NCBI GenBank assembly: GCA_020697715.1
Contig: JAEHCO010000003.1
Span: 105,908-169,907 of the forward strand
Source of the DNA: Methanobacteriota archaeon
GTDB taxonomy: Archaea > Thermoplasmatota > Thermoplasmata > SG8-5 > JAGLSY01
Direction of reading: 5' to 3'
Length of the DNA stretch: 64,000 nt
The notes beneath the pieces are model-generated. The model made no database searches. It worked only from the letters and a program-made list of their open reading frames with translations, and was not told the DNA's origin. Each line of letters starts with the position of its first letter. Within the stretch, counting starts at the first letter, position 1. Shown here in pieces: positions 56,601 to 64,000 of the stretch. The position numbers were made by a program, and so were the translations under genes.

Positions 56601-57911
56601 TGCATATTCCATCGAAGCATTGGCCATACCAATGCTGGTACTATGCGAGATGGTTCCGAGATTAGCACCTATGAAGCCGCCAACATGGATACGGCCGCTG
56701 GAATTGCCAATACTGTAGCAATCTATTATATCCCCATCACTTCGTCCTGCAAAAGCGCCAACATAGTCATCTGTTCCATAAGCATCTCCAGTGCTGTGGG
56801 ACATGTTCACGGTTCCCGTGCTGTAGCCAATTAATCCACCCACATTGATAGATGTTCCACTGGCCATTCCATGTGCTGAGCAACCATATATGTCGGCATC
56901 GCACATTCCAATAAGTCCGCCAACATTAGATGTTCCATTGACGTTCCCATAAGCCGAACTGTTACTGACCGAGGAACCCAGATCTGCCTCTGCAACGAGC
57001 CCGCCTACGTTCGCTGTCCCGGTCGTGTATCCGCTTGTGGTGCAATTCTCAACCATTCCATTACTGGTCAGACCACCGACGAGCCCGCCAGTATTTGCAT
57101 TTCCGGTGACATCTGCGAAGGTTGTACAATTGACCACATCTCCATTGGTCTCTCCAACAAGACCTCCAATGTAATTAGTTCCATTAACACTGGCAATTGA
57201 ATATGTGTTGAATATATCTCCACCAACAGAAACACCTACGGCACCACCAATTATGGTTGTTCCCGTAACACTTCCCGTTACTGTACAATTATCCACCACA
57301 CCGTTGAGCATCCAGCCAACCAGTCCACCAGAGCGATCGGCTGTGGAGGTAATGATACCATTATAAGAGGAGTGTTTCAAGGTCCCTCCTCCCAAGTAAC
57401 CGACTATACCTCCAACACGACTATAACCTGTGATATTACCATTGATATTGCAATTGACCACAGAGCCTCCTGAATTACCGAATAGGCTCTGGAATCCGAC
57501 ATCTGGACGGTTAATGAAAAGCCCATTTATGGAATATCCTCTGCCATCTAAGGAGCCAGAGAACCATGGTCCTTGATGAGTGGTCTGTGTTGAATTGTCC
57601 GTATCATAGGCGATCGGCACGAATCCCTCGAAAGAGGTGGTGGTCGCATTCCAGCCCCATGTCAGGGTCGCGGTCGCATCAATGTCATTGCCCAGTGCAT
57701 AATGCGCCATGAGATCCATGTTCATGGCCTGGAGTTCTGTCACATTCTGAATTATGTATGGATCGCCAATAGTACCAGTACCTCCGGCAAAAGGACTTTC
57801 TCCAATTCCTGATATTTCTCCAGAAATTCCTGGGATAATAACGCTCAAAGATACTGTACTCATCAATATTGCTAATGCAATTGCGGTGATTTTTCCTCTC
57901 ATATCAAACAC
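53637..57911 (-). CDS. Giant type-I membrane surface protein with GLUG-like beta-helix repeats, DUF11, cadherin-like and TSP3-like Ca-binding repeats, a TM helix and an acidic tail
   Basis: Signal peptide MRGKITAIALAILMSTVSLSV. About 25 GGLVG/GGLIG repeats. DUF11 block PVMVGDTLFYNVTVTNYG. DVLANDNDPD/DVLANDTDID/DVLDNDSDLD cadherin/VCBS-like repeats. DTDGDGV.D repeats. TM helix WWIILVVVIVLVMILIF followed by a poly-E/D tail. Confidence 0.8.
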   Translation of the reverse strand: MFDMRGKITAIALAILMSTVSLSVIIPGISGEISGIGESPFAGGTGTIGDPYIIQNVTELQAMNMDLMAHYALGNDIDATATLTWGWNATTTSFEGFVPIAYDTDNSTQTTHQGPWFSGSLDGRGYSINGLFINRPDVGFQSLFGNSGGSVVNCNINGNITGYSRVGGIVGYLGGGTLKHSSYNGIITSTADRSGGLVGWMLNGVVDNCTVTGSVTGTTIIGGAVGVSVGGDIFNTYSIASVNGTNYIGGLVGETNGDVVNCTTFADVTGNANTGGLVGGLTSNGMVENCTTSGYTTGTANVGGLVAEADLGSSVSNSSAYGNVNGTSNVGGLIGMCDADIYGCSAHGMASGTSINVGGLIGYSTGTVNMSHSTGDAYGTDDYVGAFAGRSDGDIIDCYSIGNSSGRIHVGGFIGANLGTISHSTSIGMANASMEYAGGFTGSSSGTIDNCSSTGAVSGSSDYAGGFAGWSNGDITDCHSTGSVSGTGIDVGGLIGYNDGGTVSNCYSTGSVNGTGNNVGGLIGDNTGAVSMSYSTGNVGSSGGTGHGGLVGSTTGTISFSYATGNVYGVTDVGGLCGFSDIEISQSFATGNVNATGDNAGGLIGNKWGSSVTDCYAQGDVIGLQNVGGLIGQNYNGVFTSYSTGNASGTMPEVGGFIGYRGNGGISDCYFDNQTSGTDIEIGVIGGGPAPDITPYNTTEMMMQATFTNWDFTSIWGIHENYTYPFLQAFAALTPPPSADLGINITDSADPVMVGDTLFYNVTVTNYGPVDATMVNATIHLPADVLYVSSNQTMIFWGQSNLSWEIGNMTVGQVEYWSINVTVISAVEDVLNCTVDVNASSTDNGLYPNEDFELTANNEAPNAVNDAPAAILEDSGANTIDVLANDNDPDAGDAITIIGITQGTNGVVAITNGGADLSYTPNADYFGVDSFTYTIEDMEGLTDTATVSMTITSVNDVPMAFDDTAIAIENGGIIYIDVLANDTDIDGDSLNIDGVTQGTNGAVILETGNVSYTPDTDFSGTDSFTYTIIDGNGGSDTATVNVTVQPEAVAPNQAPVAVNDTATVDEDSTATTIDVLDNDSDLDGDTLTISAVTQPINGAVAIIDSGLNVTYVPDADFNGVDTFTYTIGDGSGLLVNATVTVTVTNVNDAPVIETFTVPDGAVGEEWSIVISVIDIDENDTISWTLNTNNTWLGMVPNITDPACTLIGTPTANGTFLIQFSAEDDLGASDTIFFNITVGSGIPDTDDNTTTETDTDGDGVPDSEDDFPNDPDEDTDTDGDGVGDNADDFPDDPDEDTDTDGDGVGDNTDTDDDGDGVPDVDDDTPTGDDPADDDDDDADSEDNFLADYWWIILVVVIVLVMILIFGRKKKDDEEPEEPTEEEDSEESDEDEEVDDEPEDEEDLEEEEEEDSEESSTEETDIDEEK

Positions 57912-58080
57912 ACTCTTGTCTGTATATCTACCAATTAGATAAAGAGAGGATATTTGTCATATATGATAAAGGTTATCTAAACAATGTTATAGTTGTACAA
58001 TATAATTGAATTATCTTGTATTACCTTGTATTATCTCGATTTTGCCCTAAAGTTTATGATATGTAAATCATTGTCCGGGC

Positions 58081-59739
58081 TTGGAGATACACATGACCGA
58101 GTACAAGGCACCTAGAGGAACAGATATCACCTGCCAGAACTGGCGGATAGAAGCCATTTTGAGAACACTCCACAACAATCTGGAGAATGCCGAGAGGCCG
58201 GATGATCTTATCATCTATGGTGGAACAGGAAAAGCCGCCAGGAACCACGAAGCACTGGCTGCTATAGTCCGCTCACTCAGGGACCTAAAACCCGATGAGA
58301 CCTTGCTTATACAATCCGGCAAGCCAGTCGGCATATTCCAAACCTTTGAGAACTCACCCCGAGTTCTGATAGCCAACTCCAATTTGGTTGGTAATTGGTC
58401 CAATTGGGAGCATTTCAATGAGTTGGAAGCAAAGGGCCTGATGATGTATGGCCAGATGACAGCTGGCTCCTGGTGTTATATTGGAACTCAGGGCATAATT
58501 CAGGGAACTTATGAGACATTCGCCGCCCTCGCGGACAAGCATTATGATGGCTCTCTTGAAGGCAAGTTCTGTCTAACTGGCGGCATGGGCGGCATGGGCG
58601 GAGCTCAACCTCTGTCCATCAAGATGGCTGGTGGTGTCGGCCTTGTCGTGGAAGTGGAGGAAAGCCGGATCAAGAGAAGGCTCGATGCAGGATTCTGCGA
58701 TGTCATGGTGGAGGATCTCAATGAGGCACTGGCCCTTATCGATCTGGCAAGGAAAGAAGGCAAAGCCACATCCATCGGCTTGCTGGGAAATGCCGCTGAT
58801 ATATTCCCCGAGATGGTCAAGCGGGGCATAGTGCCGGATGTCGTGACAGACCAGACATCCGCTCATGACGAATTGAATGGTTATGTGCCAAAGGGCTACT
58901 GGGGCGATAATTTGGCGGAAGCCGATGAACTGAGAAAGAACAACCCGGAGCAATACAAATCAGAATCCATGCAGTCGATGAAAGAGCATTGCAAGGCGAT
59001 GGTGGACTTCCAGAAGATGGGGTCAGTTGTCTTCGATTACGGTAATAATCTCAGAGGCCAGGCGCAGAAAGCTGGACTCCAGGAGGCATTTGCATATCCG
59101 GGCTTCGTGCTGGCATATGTGCGCCCATTGTTCTGCGAAGGTCGAGGACCATTCCGATGGCTCGCGCTCACTGGCGATCCGGAGGACATACTCAAGACTG
59201 ATAGAGCGATAAAAGCCACTTTCCCAGATAATCAACTTCTCATGAATTGGATCGACCTGGCAGAGGAACACCTGCCATGGGAAGGCCTGCCGGCGAGAGT
59301 ATGCTGGTTGGGATATGGAGAAAGAATGAAATTCGCGCTTATCATGAATAAAATGGTCCGAGATGGAGAGATCGGGCCAGTCGCGATCACCAGGGATCAT
59401 CTGGACTCCGGTTCGGTCGCTTCCCCGAACCGCGAAACTGAAGGTATGAAGGACGGGACCGATGCAGTGGCTGACTGGCCATTGCTCAGCGCGCTGATAA
59501 ACGCATCCGCGGGAGCCGATATGGTCGCGCTCCACAATGGAGGCGGAGTTGGAATTGGCCTCAGCCAGCATAGTGGGATGATAGTCGTTTGCGACGGCAC
59601 AGAGGACACGGACGAGCGCATAAAACGTGTATTCACGACAGATCCTGGCATGGGTGTCATCAGACACGCGGACGCGGGCTACGAGATCGCGATAAGAACA
59701 GCCAAGGAAAAAGGCGTGAGAATTCCGATGCTGGAATAA
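58081..59739 (+). CDS. hutU: Urocanate hydratase
   Basis: 552 aa. Urocanase motifs [35 protein letters not shown]. Confidence 0.9.
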   Translation: MEIHMTEYKAPRGTDITCQNWRIEAILRTLHNNLENAERPDDLIIYGGTGKAARNHEALAAIVRSLRDLKPDETLLIQSGKPVGIFQTFENSPRVLIANSNLVGNWSNWEHFNELEAKGLMMYGQMTAGSWCYIGTQGIIQGTYETFAALADKHYDGSLEGKFCLTGGMGGMGGAQPLSIKMAGGVGLVVEVEESRIKRRLDAGFCDVMVEDLNEALALIDLARKEGKATSIGLLGNAADIFPEMVKRGIVPDVVTDQTSAHDELNGYVPKGYWGDNLAEADELRKNNPEQYKSESMQSMKEHCKAMVDFQKMGSVVFDYGNNLRGQAQKAGLQEAFAYPGFVLAYVRPLFCEGRGPFRWLALTGDPEDILKTDRAIKATFPDNQLLMNWIDLAEEHLPWEGLPARVCWLGYGERMKFALIMNKMVRDGEIGPVAITRDHLDSGSVASPNRETEGMKDGTDAVADWPLLSALINASAGADMVALHNGGGVGIGLSQHSGMIVVCDGTEDTDERIKRVFTTDPGMGVIRHADAGYEIAIRTAKEKGVRIPMLE

Positions 59740-59791
59740 GCATATTCTATGCATAATCATTCCAGCAGTATGTCAGTATTTTCCCAACGGC

Positions 59792-59920
59792 ATGCCCCGT
59801 CTGGATGATTCATAGATCATTCATCAGGGCGGGGTACTATATTCAATGAGGATTCAAGTGACAGTCACAGAGTGCTCTGATATTCGGAACCCCGTCAGGA
59901 GTTCAACGATGGACGGGGGG
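59792..59920. repeat. Intergenic repeat element, copy 2
   Basis: ATGCCCCG...GGGCGGGGTACT, then AAGTGACAGTCACAG, then a second CCCCGTC...GACGGGGGG hairpin. Confidence 0.6.
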
Positions 59921-60028
59921 ATCAATCTTTCTGAAGCCTCAAACCACGCCACCATCCGCTCCCACCCACACTGGGACAATGAACTTACCCACCCACGTTT
60001 GAGAGGATTGTAAGAATTATAACTACAA

Positions 60029-60946
60029 CTATTCCTCAGAATACCCTATCTTATACTCAGAAAAATCATCTGCCACAACCACATTGTCAAAGACTGTTTT
60101 CGCATCAGCCAGCACGATATCACTGCTATCGTATCTTGGGCTGATGTGAGTTAAGATAAGCATCTTTACTTCGGCATCCCTGGCGATCTCCGCCGCCTGC
60201 TTCGCGGTCGAATGCCCGTATTCATTCGCCTTTTGCTCAAGGGTTGTATCGGCTGTCGCCTCGTGTATGAGGACATCCGCACCCTTCGCAAGCTCTTGGA
60301 TGATATTACTGGGGCCAGTATCTCCACTGTACACCAGTTTGATCCCTTTTCTGGGGGGGCCGAGAACCATATCGGGAGTGAAGGTCTTGCCATCATGCTC
60401 CACCTCCTTACCTTGCTGAAGCTGGCTGAATAATCTCCCCTCTGGAATACCAAGCTCCAAGGCCTTTGGCTTATTGAACTTCCCAGGTCTTTGATGTTCT
60501 TCCAAGGAATAGGCCAGTGCGGGGATCGAGTGGTTTGCCTCAGCCACCCGGATACTGTATCCGTCATCCTCGAAGTTCAGTTCATCACCCGGATAGACAT
60601 CGTGTAGTTTGATCGCGTATTTCGATTCGAAATAACCCTGCTCCAGAATTGTCTGGACTGTCTTGATAGTCCCCTCGGGGCCATATACTTCCAAAGGCGA
60701 ATCGCGATTGTTCAGGGACATGGACTGGATCAATCCCGGCAATCCGAGAAAATGATCTCCATGATAATGTGTGATGAATATGCGCTTTATCTGCATGAAA
60801 GAAACTGATGATATCATGAGCTGGCGTTGTGTCCCCTCGCCGCAATCAAAGAGAATTATTTCCTTACCTCTCTTGACTGCCAGTGCGGACACATTGCGGT
60901 CTGGTGAAGGCCAACTTCCTCCGGTTCCGAGAAACACTATCTGCAT
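60029..60946 (-). CDS. rnz: Ribonuclease Z (tRNA 3' endonuclease, metallo-beta-lactamase fold)
   Basis: MQIVFLGTGGSWP, HYHGDH motif and C-terminal HxH. 305 aa. Confidence 0.8.
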   Translation of the reverse strand: MQIVFLGTGGSWPSPDRNVSALAVKRGKEIILFDCGEGTQRQLMISSVSFMQIKRIFITHYHGDHFLGLPGLIQSMSLNNRDSPLEVYGPEGTIKTVQTILEQGYFESKYAIKLHDVYPGDELNFEDDGYSIRVAEANHSIPALAYSLEEHQRPGKFNKPKALELGIPEGRLFSQLQQGKEVEHDGKTFTPDMVLGPPRKGIKLVYSGDTGPSNIIQELAKGADVLIHEATADTTLEQKANEYGHSTAKQAAEIARDAEVKMLILTHISPRYDSSDIVLADAKTVFDNVVVADDFSEYKIGYSEE

Positions 60947-61065
60947 CGTGTTTGGATAAGTGATGAAGTATTAATAATTCTCCTTAATCGACTATTTGGC
61001 GTATTATTTTATATTAATCTCACTTTGTCGGTGTCATCAAACCGGAGTCAAAAAGGAGTGAGAAA

Positions 61066-62589
61066 ATGACATTGATAATTGACGGAGACAGCCTGAAGAT
61101 AGAGGACGTTGTTGCAGTGGCCAGACATGGCAAGAAGGTGGAGCTTGACCCACTTGCAGTGGAGCGCATAAACAAGTGCCGTGCGATGTTGGAGAGGAAG
61201 ATCGAGGCCAATGAGATCATGTACGGTGTGAACACTGGCATTGGCGAGTTCTCCGAAGTTGTTCTCAATGATGACCAGGTCAAGGATTTCCAGAAATATC
61301 TCGTCTACAACCATGCTGCTGGCATCGGTGATCCAGCACCCCTCGAGTATGTCAGGGGAGCCATGCTGGGCAGGGTAAATGTCCATGCCCACGGCAACTC
61401 CGGCTGCCGCCTGAATATCACCCAGACCCTTGTCGATATGCTGAACAAAGGTGTCACTCCATTCGTATGCCAGAAAGGTTCTGTCGGCGCATGCGGTGAC
61501 CTCGCCCCGATGTCCCAGATCGCACTTCTCATGATGGGCGAAGGCAAGGCTTATTTCCAGGGCGAACTCCTCGATGGAAAAGAGGCCATGGACAAGGCAG
61601 GAATTCCAATACCTGGCTTGCAAGCCCGTGACGGACTGGCGACCATCAATGGTTCCAATGTTCTAACCGCGATGAGCGCGATCTTCCTTTATGATGCAGG
61701 AAGATGGCTGAAGCAGGCGGAAATAGCCGCCGCGATGTCACTCGAAGCACTCAAGGCGAACATGAAGCCATACACCGCTAGGCTTCATGAAGTACGCGGA
61801 TTCCAGGGCGCGGTCAGGTCGGCCAATGCGATCAATATGTTGATAGCCGACGGCGATCTAAAAGAACAGCGCATCAAAGTGAAAGTTCAAGACGCTTACA
61901 GCATGAGATCCAGTCCCCAGGTCATCGGAGCAGCCCACGATGCAATTCGATGGGCCAGAAGCCAAGTGGAGATCGAACTGAACGGTGTTGGTGATAATCC
62001 GATCTTCTTCCCGGATGAGAACATGGCACTTTCTGGAGCCAATTTCCAGGGCTCGCCAGTATCCTTGCCGATGGACATGGCCGGCATCGCGATCACCATG
62101 GTCAGCGTGCTCTCAGAAAGGCGTATGAACCGTCTCAATAATCCGGCTTTATCAGAAGGATTACCACCATTCCTGACAAAAGGCGCAGGAATGTTTTCGG
62201 GACTCATGCTCAGCCAGTACACGGCGGATATGCAGATAGTGGAGCAGAGGATCCTATCCGCTCCAGCAAGCATCCAGTCAATTCCAGCCGCCGCCGATCA
62301 GGAGGATTTCGTCTCAATGGGCATGAACACCGCCATCAAGAACTTCCAGATACTGGACAATGCTTACGGCATCTTGGGCATCGAGCTGATGGCTGCCGCT
62401 CAGGCATTGGATTTCAGGGATTTCAAATTCGGAATAGGAACGACCAAGGCGAAAGAGGTTATCAGAAGGCATGTGGACTTCCTTGACATTGACAGGCCGC
62501 TGTATCCCGACCACACGAACATGAAGGAGCTCGTGAGATCTGGCGAGATACTGGAAGAAGTGGAGAAAGTGGTTGGCAGTTTGGGATGA
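61066..62589 (+). CDS. hutH: Histidine ammonia-lyase (MIO enzyme) with an Ala-Cys-Gly triad
   Basis: HAL-like throughout. GSVGACGDLAPMSQIALLMMGEGKA aligns with the canonical GSLGASGDLAPL. Cys is encoded by TGC at 61492-61494. Confidence 0.85.
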   Translation: MTLIIDGDSLKIEDVVAVARHGKKVELDPLAVERINKCRAMLERKIEANEIMYGVNTGIGEFSEVVLNDDQVKDFQKYLVYNHAAGIGDPAPLEYVRGAMLGRVNVHAHGNSGCRLNITQTLVDMLNKGVTPFVCQKGSVGACGDLAPMSQIALLMMGEGKAYFQGELLDGKEAMDKAGIPIPGLQARDGLATINGSNVLTAMSAIFLYDAGRWLKQAEIAAAMSLEALKANMKPYTARLHEVRGFQGAVRSANAINMLIADGDLKEQRIKVKVQDAYSMRSSPQVIGAAHDAIRWARSQVEIELNGVGDNPIFFPDENMALSGANFQGSPVSLPMDMAGIAITMVSVLSERRMNRLNNPALSEGLPPFLTKGAGMFSGLMLSQYTADMQIVEQRILSAPASIQSIPAAADQEDFVSMGMNTAIKNFQILDNAYGILGIELMAAAQALDFRDFKFGIGTTKAKEVIRRHVDFLDIDRPLYPDHTNMKELVRSGEILEEVEKVVGSLG

Positions 62590-62632
62590 AAAACCTGATT
62601 GCAATAATATGCAAGGCAATAATTATTCGAGC

Positions 62633-62808
62633 ATGCCCCAGGGCGAGTGTATTTTGCGTTAAATGCGCAAAATAATAGTTCGAGAAGCACAGCGATTCGA
62701 ACTATGACGCAGACCTGGGGTATTATATTCTATATCTCAGTGAGTGACAGTCACCAATTGTTCCCTATTCGAAAACCCCGTATGTAGCGAAGCGAAGGGC
62801 GGGGATGT
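62633..62808. repeat. Intergenic repeat element, copy 3 (expanded)
   Basis: ATGCCCCAGGGCG, then an inserted TTTTGCGTTAAATGCGCAAAA hairpin, then CCTGGGGTATTATATTCTATATCTCAGTGAGTGACAGTCACC and the AAAACCCCG...GGGCGGGG hairpin. Confidence 0.6.
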
Positions 62809-62871
62809 TCAAAATTTTGATATATCGATACATTTAACTATCAAAATCAAATTCAAAGGTCTGGTTAGAAC

Positions 62872-63825
62872 ATGAGATACATCGTTACTGGGGGCGCGGG
62901 ATTCATCGGCAGCCACATCGTTGACAGGCTGCTTGCTGAAGGACATGAGGTTACTGTAATTGACAATATGACCACTGGTTTTCCAGAATATATCAGTCAG
63001 CATGATGGCAATCCCAATTTTAAGTTAGATAAGTTCGATCTCAAGGACCTTGCCAGGACCAAGGAGGCTTTCAAGGATCAAGATGCTGTATTTCATCTTG
63101 CTGCCAATGCCGATGTCCGCGGAGGTCTGGAAGATAATTTCCGCGACCTGGAGAGAAATGTCCTGGTCACCCACAATGTGCTGGAAGCCATGAGGGCGAA
63201 TGATATTTCCAAGATATTATTCTCCTCGACAGCCGCGGTCTATGGTGAGCCAGATGTATTTCCCACTCCCGAGACCTACCATCCCCGGCAAACCTCATTT
63301 TACGGGGCCTCAAAGCTTTCATGCGAGGGCTTCATCGAGTCCTTCTGCGAGGCCTATGGATTCCAGGCCTGGATGTTCAGATTCGTTTCCATCCAGGGTG
63401 AGCGGCATCCTCATGGAGTTACATATGACTTCGTGAAGAAGCTGAAGGCCGATCCCACCCAGATGGAGATAATCGGCGATGGAACCTCCAAAAAATCATA
63501 CTGCCACGTGGATGATTGTGTTGATGGTTTCATGATGGCCTTCGAGAAGGCCAATGATAAAGTGAACTTATTCAATATCGGCAATACCGAATATGTGGAT
63601 GTGACAAGCCTGGCTGGGTATGTGACCAGCGAGATGGGTTTGGATAATGTCAAATTCAATTACACTGGCGGAATGCGCGGATGGATAGGCGACTCGCCAC
63701 TGGTCCAGCTTGATATTTCCAAACTTCGAGCACTGGGCTGGGAGCCGAAGAACAATATCGAACAGACCGTCCGTCGAACAGTACGCTGGCTCATGGACAA
63801 TCCTTATGTTTACGGAGAAAGATGA
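62872..63825 (+). CDS. NAD-dependent sugar-nucleotide epimerase/dehydratase (GalE-like)
   Basis: Rossmann motif GGAGFIGSH and the catalytic YGASK. Confidence 0.85.
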   Translation: MRYIVTGGAGFIGSHIVDRLLAEGHEVTVIDNMTTGFPEYISQHDGNPNFKLDKFDLKDLARTKEAFKDQDAVFHLAANADVRGGLEDNFRDLERNVLVTHNVLEAMRANDISKILFSSTAAVYGEPDVFPTPETYHPRQTSFYGASKLSCEGFIESFCEAYGFQAWMFRFVSIQGERHPHGVTYDFVKKLKADPTQMEIIGDGTSKKSYCHVDDCVDGFMMAFEKANDKVNLFNIGNTEYVDVTSLAGYVTSEMGLDNVKFNYTGGMRGWIGDSPLVQLDISKLRALGWEPKNNIEQTVRRTVRWLMDNPYVYGER

Positions 63826-63847
63826 AGAGATCAATGCGGGTGTGAAA

Positions 63848-64000
63848 AATGACCGAGGGGAAAGTGGAGCAGGCAGTGGTCTTATGCGGGGGACTTGGAA
63901 CCAGGCTTCAGTCGGTTTCCAAGGATATTCCCAAGTCCATGATGCCCATTGATGGGCGCCCCTTCCTCGAGATACTGGTGTCGCAGTTCAAGAATCACGG
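63848..64000 (+). CDS. Sugar-phosphate nucleotidyltransferase, N-terminal part only (runs off the window end)
   Basis: MTEGKVEQAVVLCGGLGTRLQ matches the GxGTRL motif of glucose-1-phosphate thymidylyl/uridylyltransferases. The frame is open to the window end. Confidence 0.7.

Noticed and set aside
1-64000. CRISPR arrays, transposases, integrases, toxin-antitoxin pairs
   Set aside because: I looked for short direct repeats with spacers and for DDE/tyrosine-recombinase ORFs and found none.

Overview
This window reads as an archaeal chromosomal segment. The evidence is gene content: a NurA-HerA-Mre11-Rad50 cluster, Pelota, RFC large subunit, RNA polymerase subunit D, archaeal-type SAM synthetase, TYW1 and Trm5, and an initiator tRNA with A1:U72. 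It is most likely a euryarchaeon of Thermoplasmatota-like type, but that is inference only. Most of the window is dense housekeeping: double-strand-break repair, ppdK, class I aldolase, metK, metF, the rps13-rps4-rps11-rpoD ribosomal block, rqc2, leuCD-like, hutU, hutH, RNase Z and galE-like genes. Three tRNAs are present: an initiator tRNA-Met, tRNA-Thr(GGU), and a tRNA with a putative 44-nt D-loop intron (its 3' half fits tRNA-Arg GCG; the intron placement is a manual fold and is unconfirmed). Accessory content includes two giant multi-repeat surface proteins of 2637 and 1424 aa and a partial secreted WD40/BNR hybrid protein. There is also a co-directional cluster of Fe-S and NifX-like genes: two MinD-family ATPases with ferredoxin insertions, two Nitro_FeMo-Co proteins, an NADH oxidase/CoADR-like flavoprotein, Mrp/ApbC, a DUF134 regulator and an HD hydrolase. 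Non-coding features are a three-copy intergenic repeat family (GC hairpin plus a GTGACAGTCAC core), inverted and direct copies of the tRNA-Thr 3' end, a perfect 22-bp palindrome and several long hairpins. Ribosomal protein S4 and RpoD carry unusual low-complexity C-terminal tails, and the HutH MIO triad reads Ala-Cys-Gly instead of Ala-Ser-Gly. No CRISPR array, transposase or integrase was seen.
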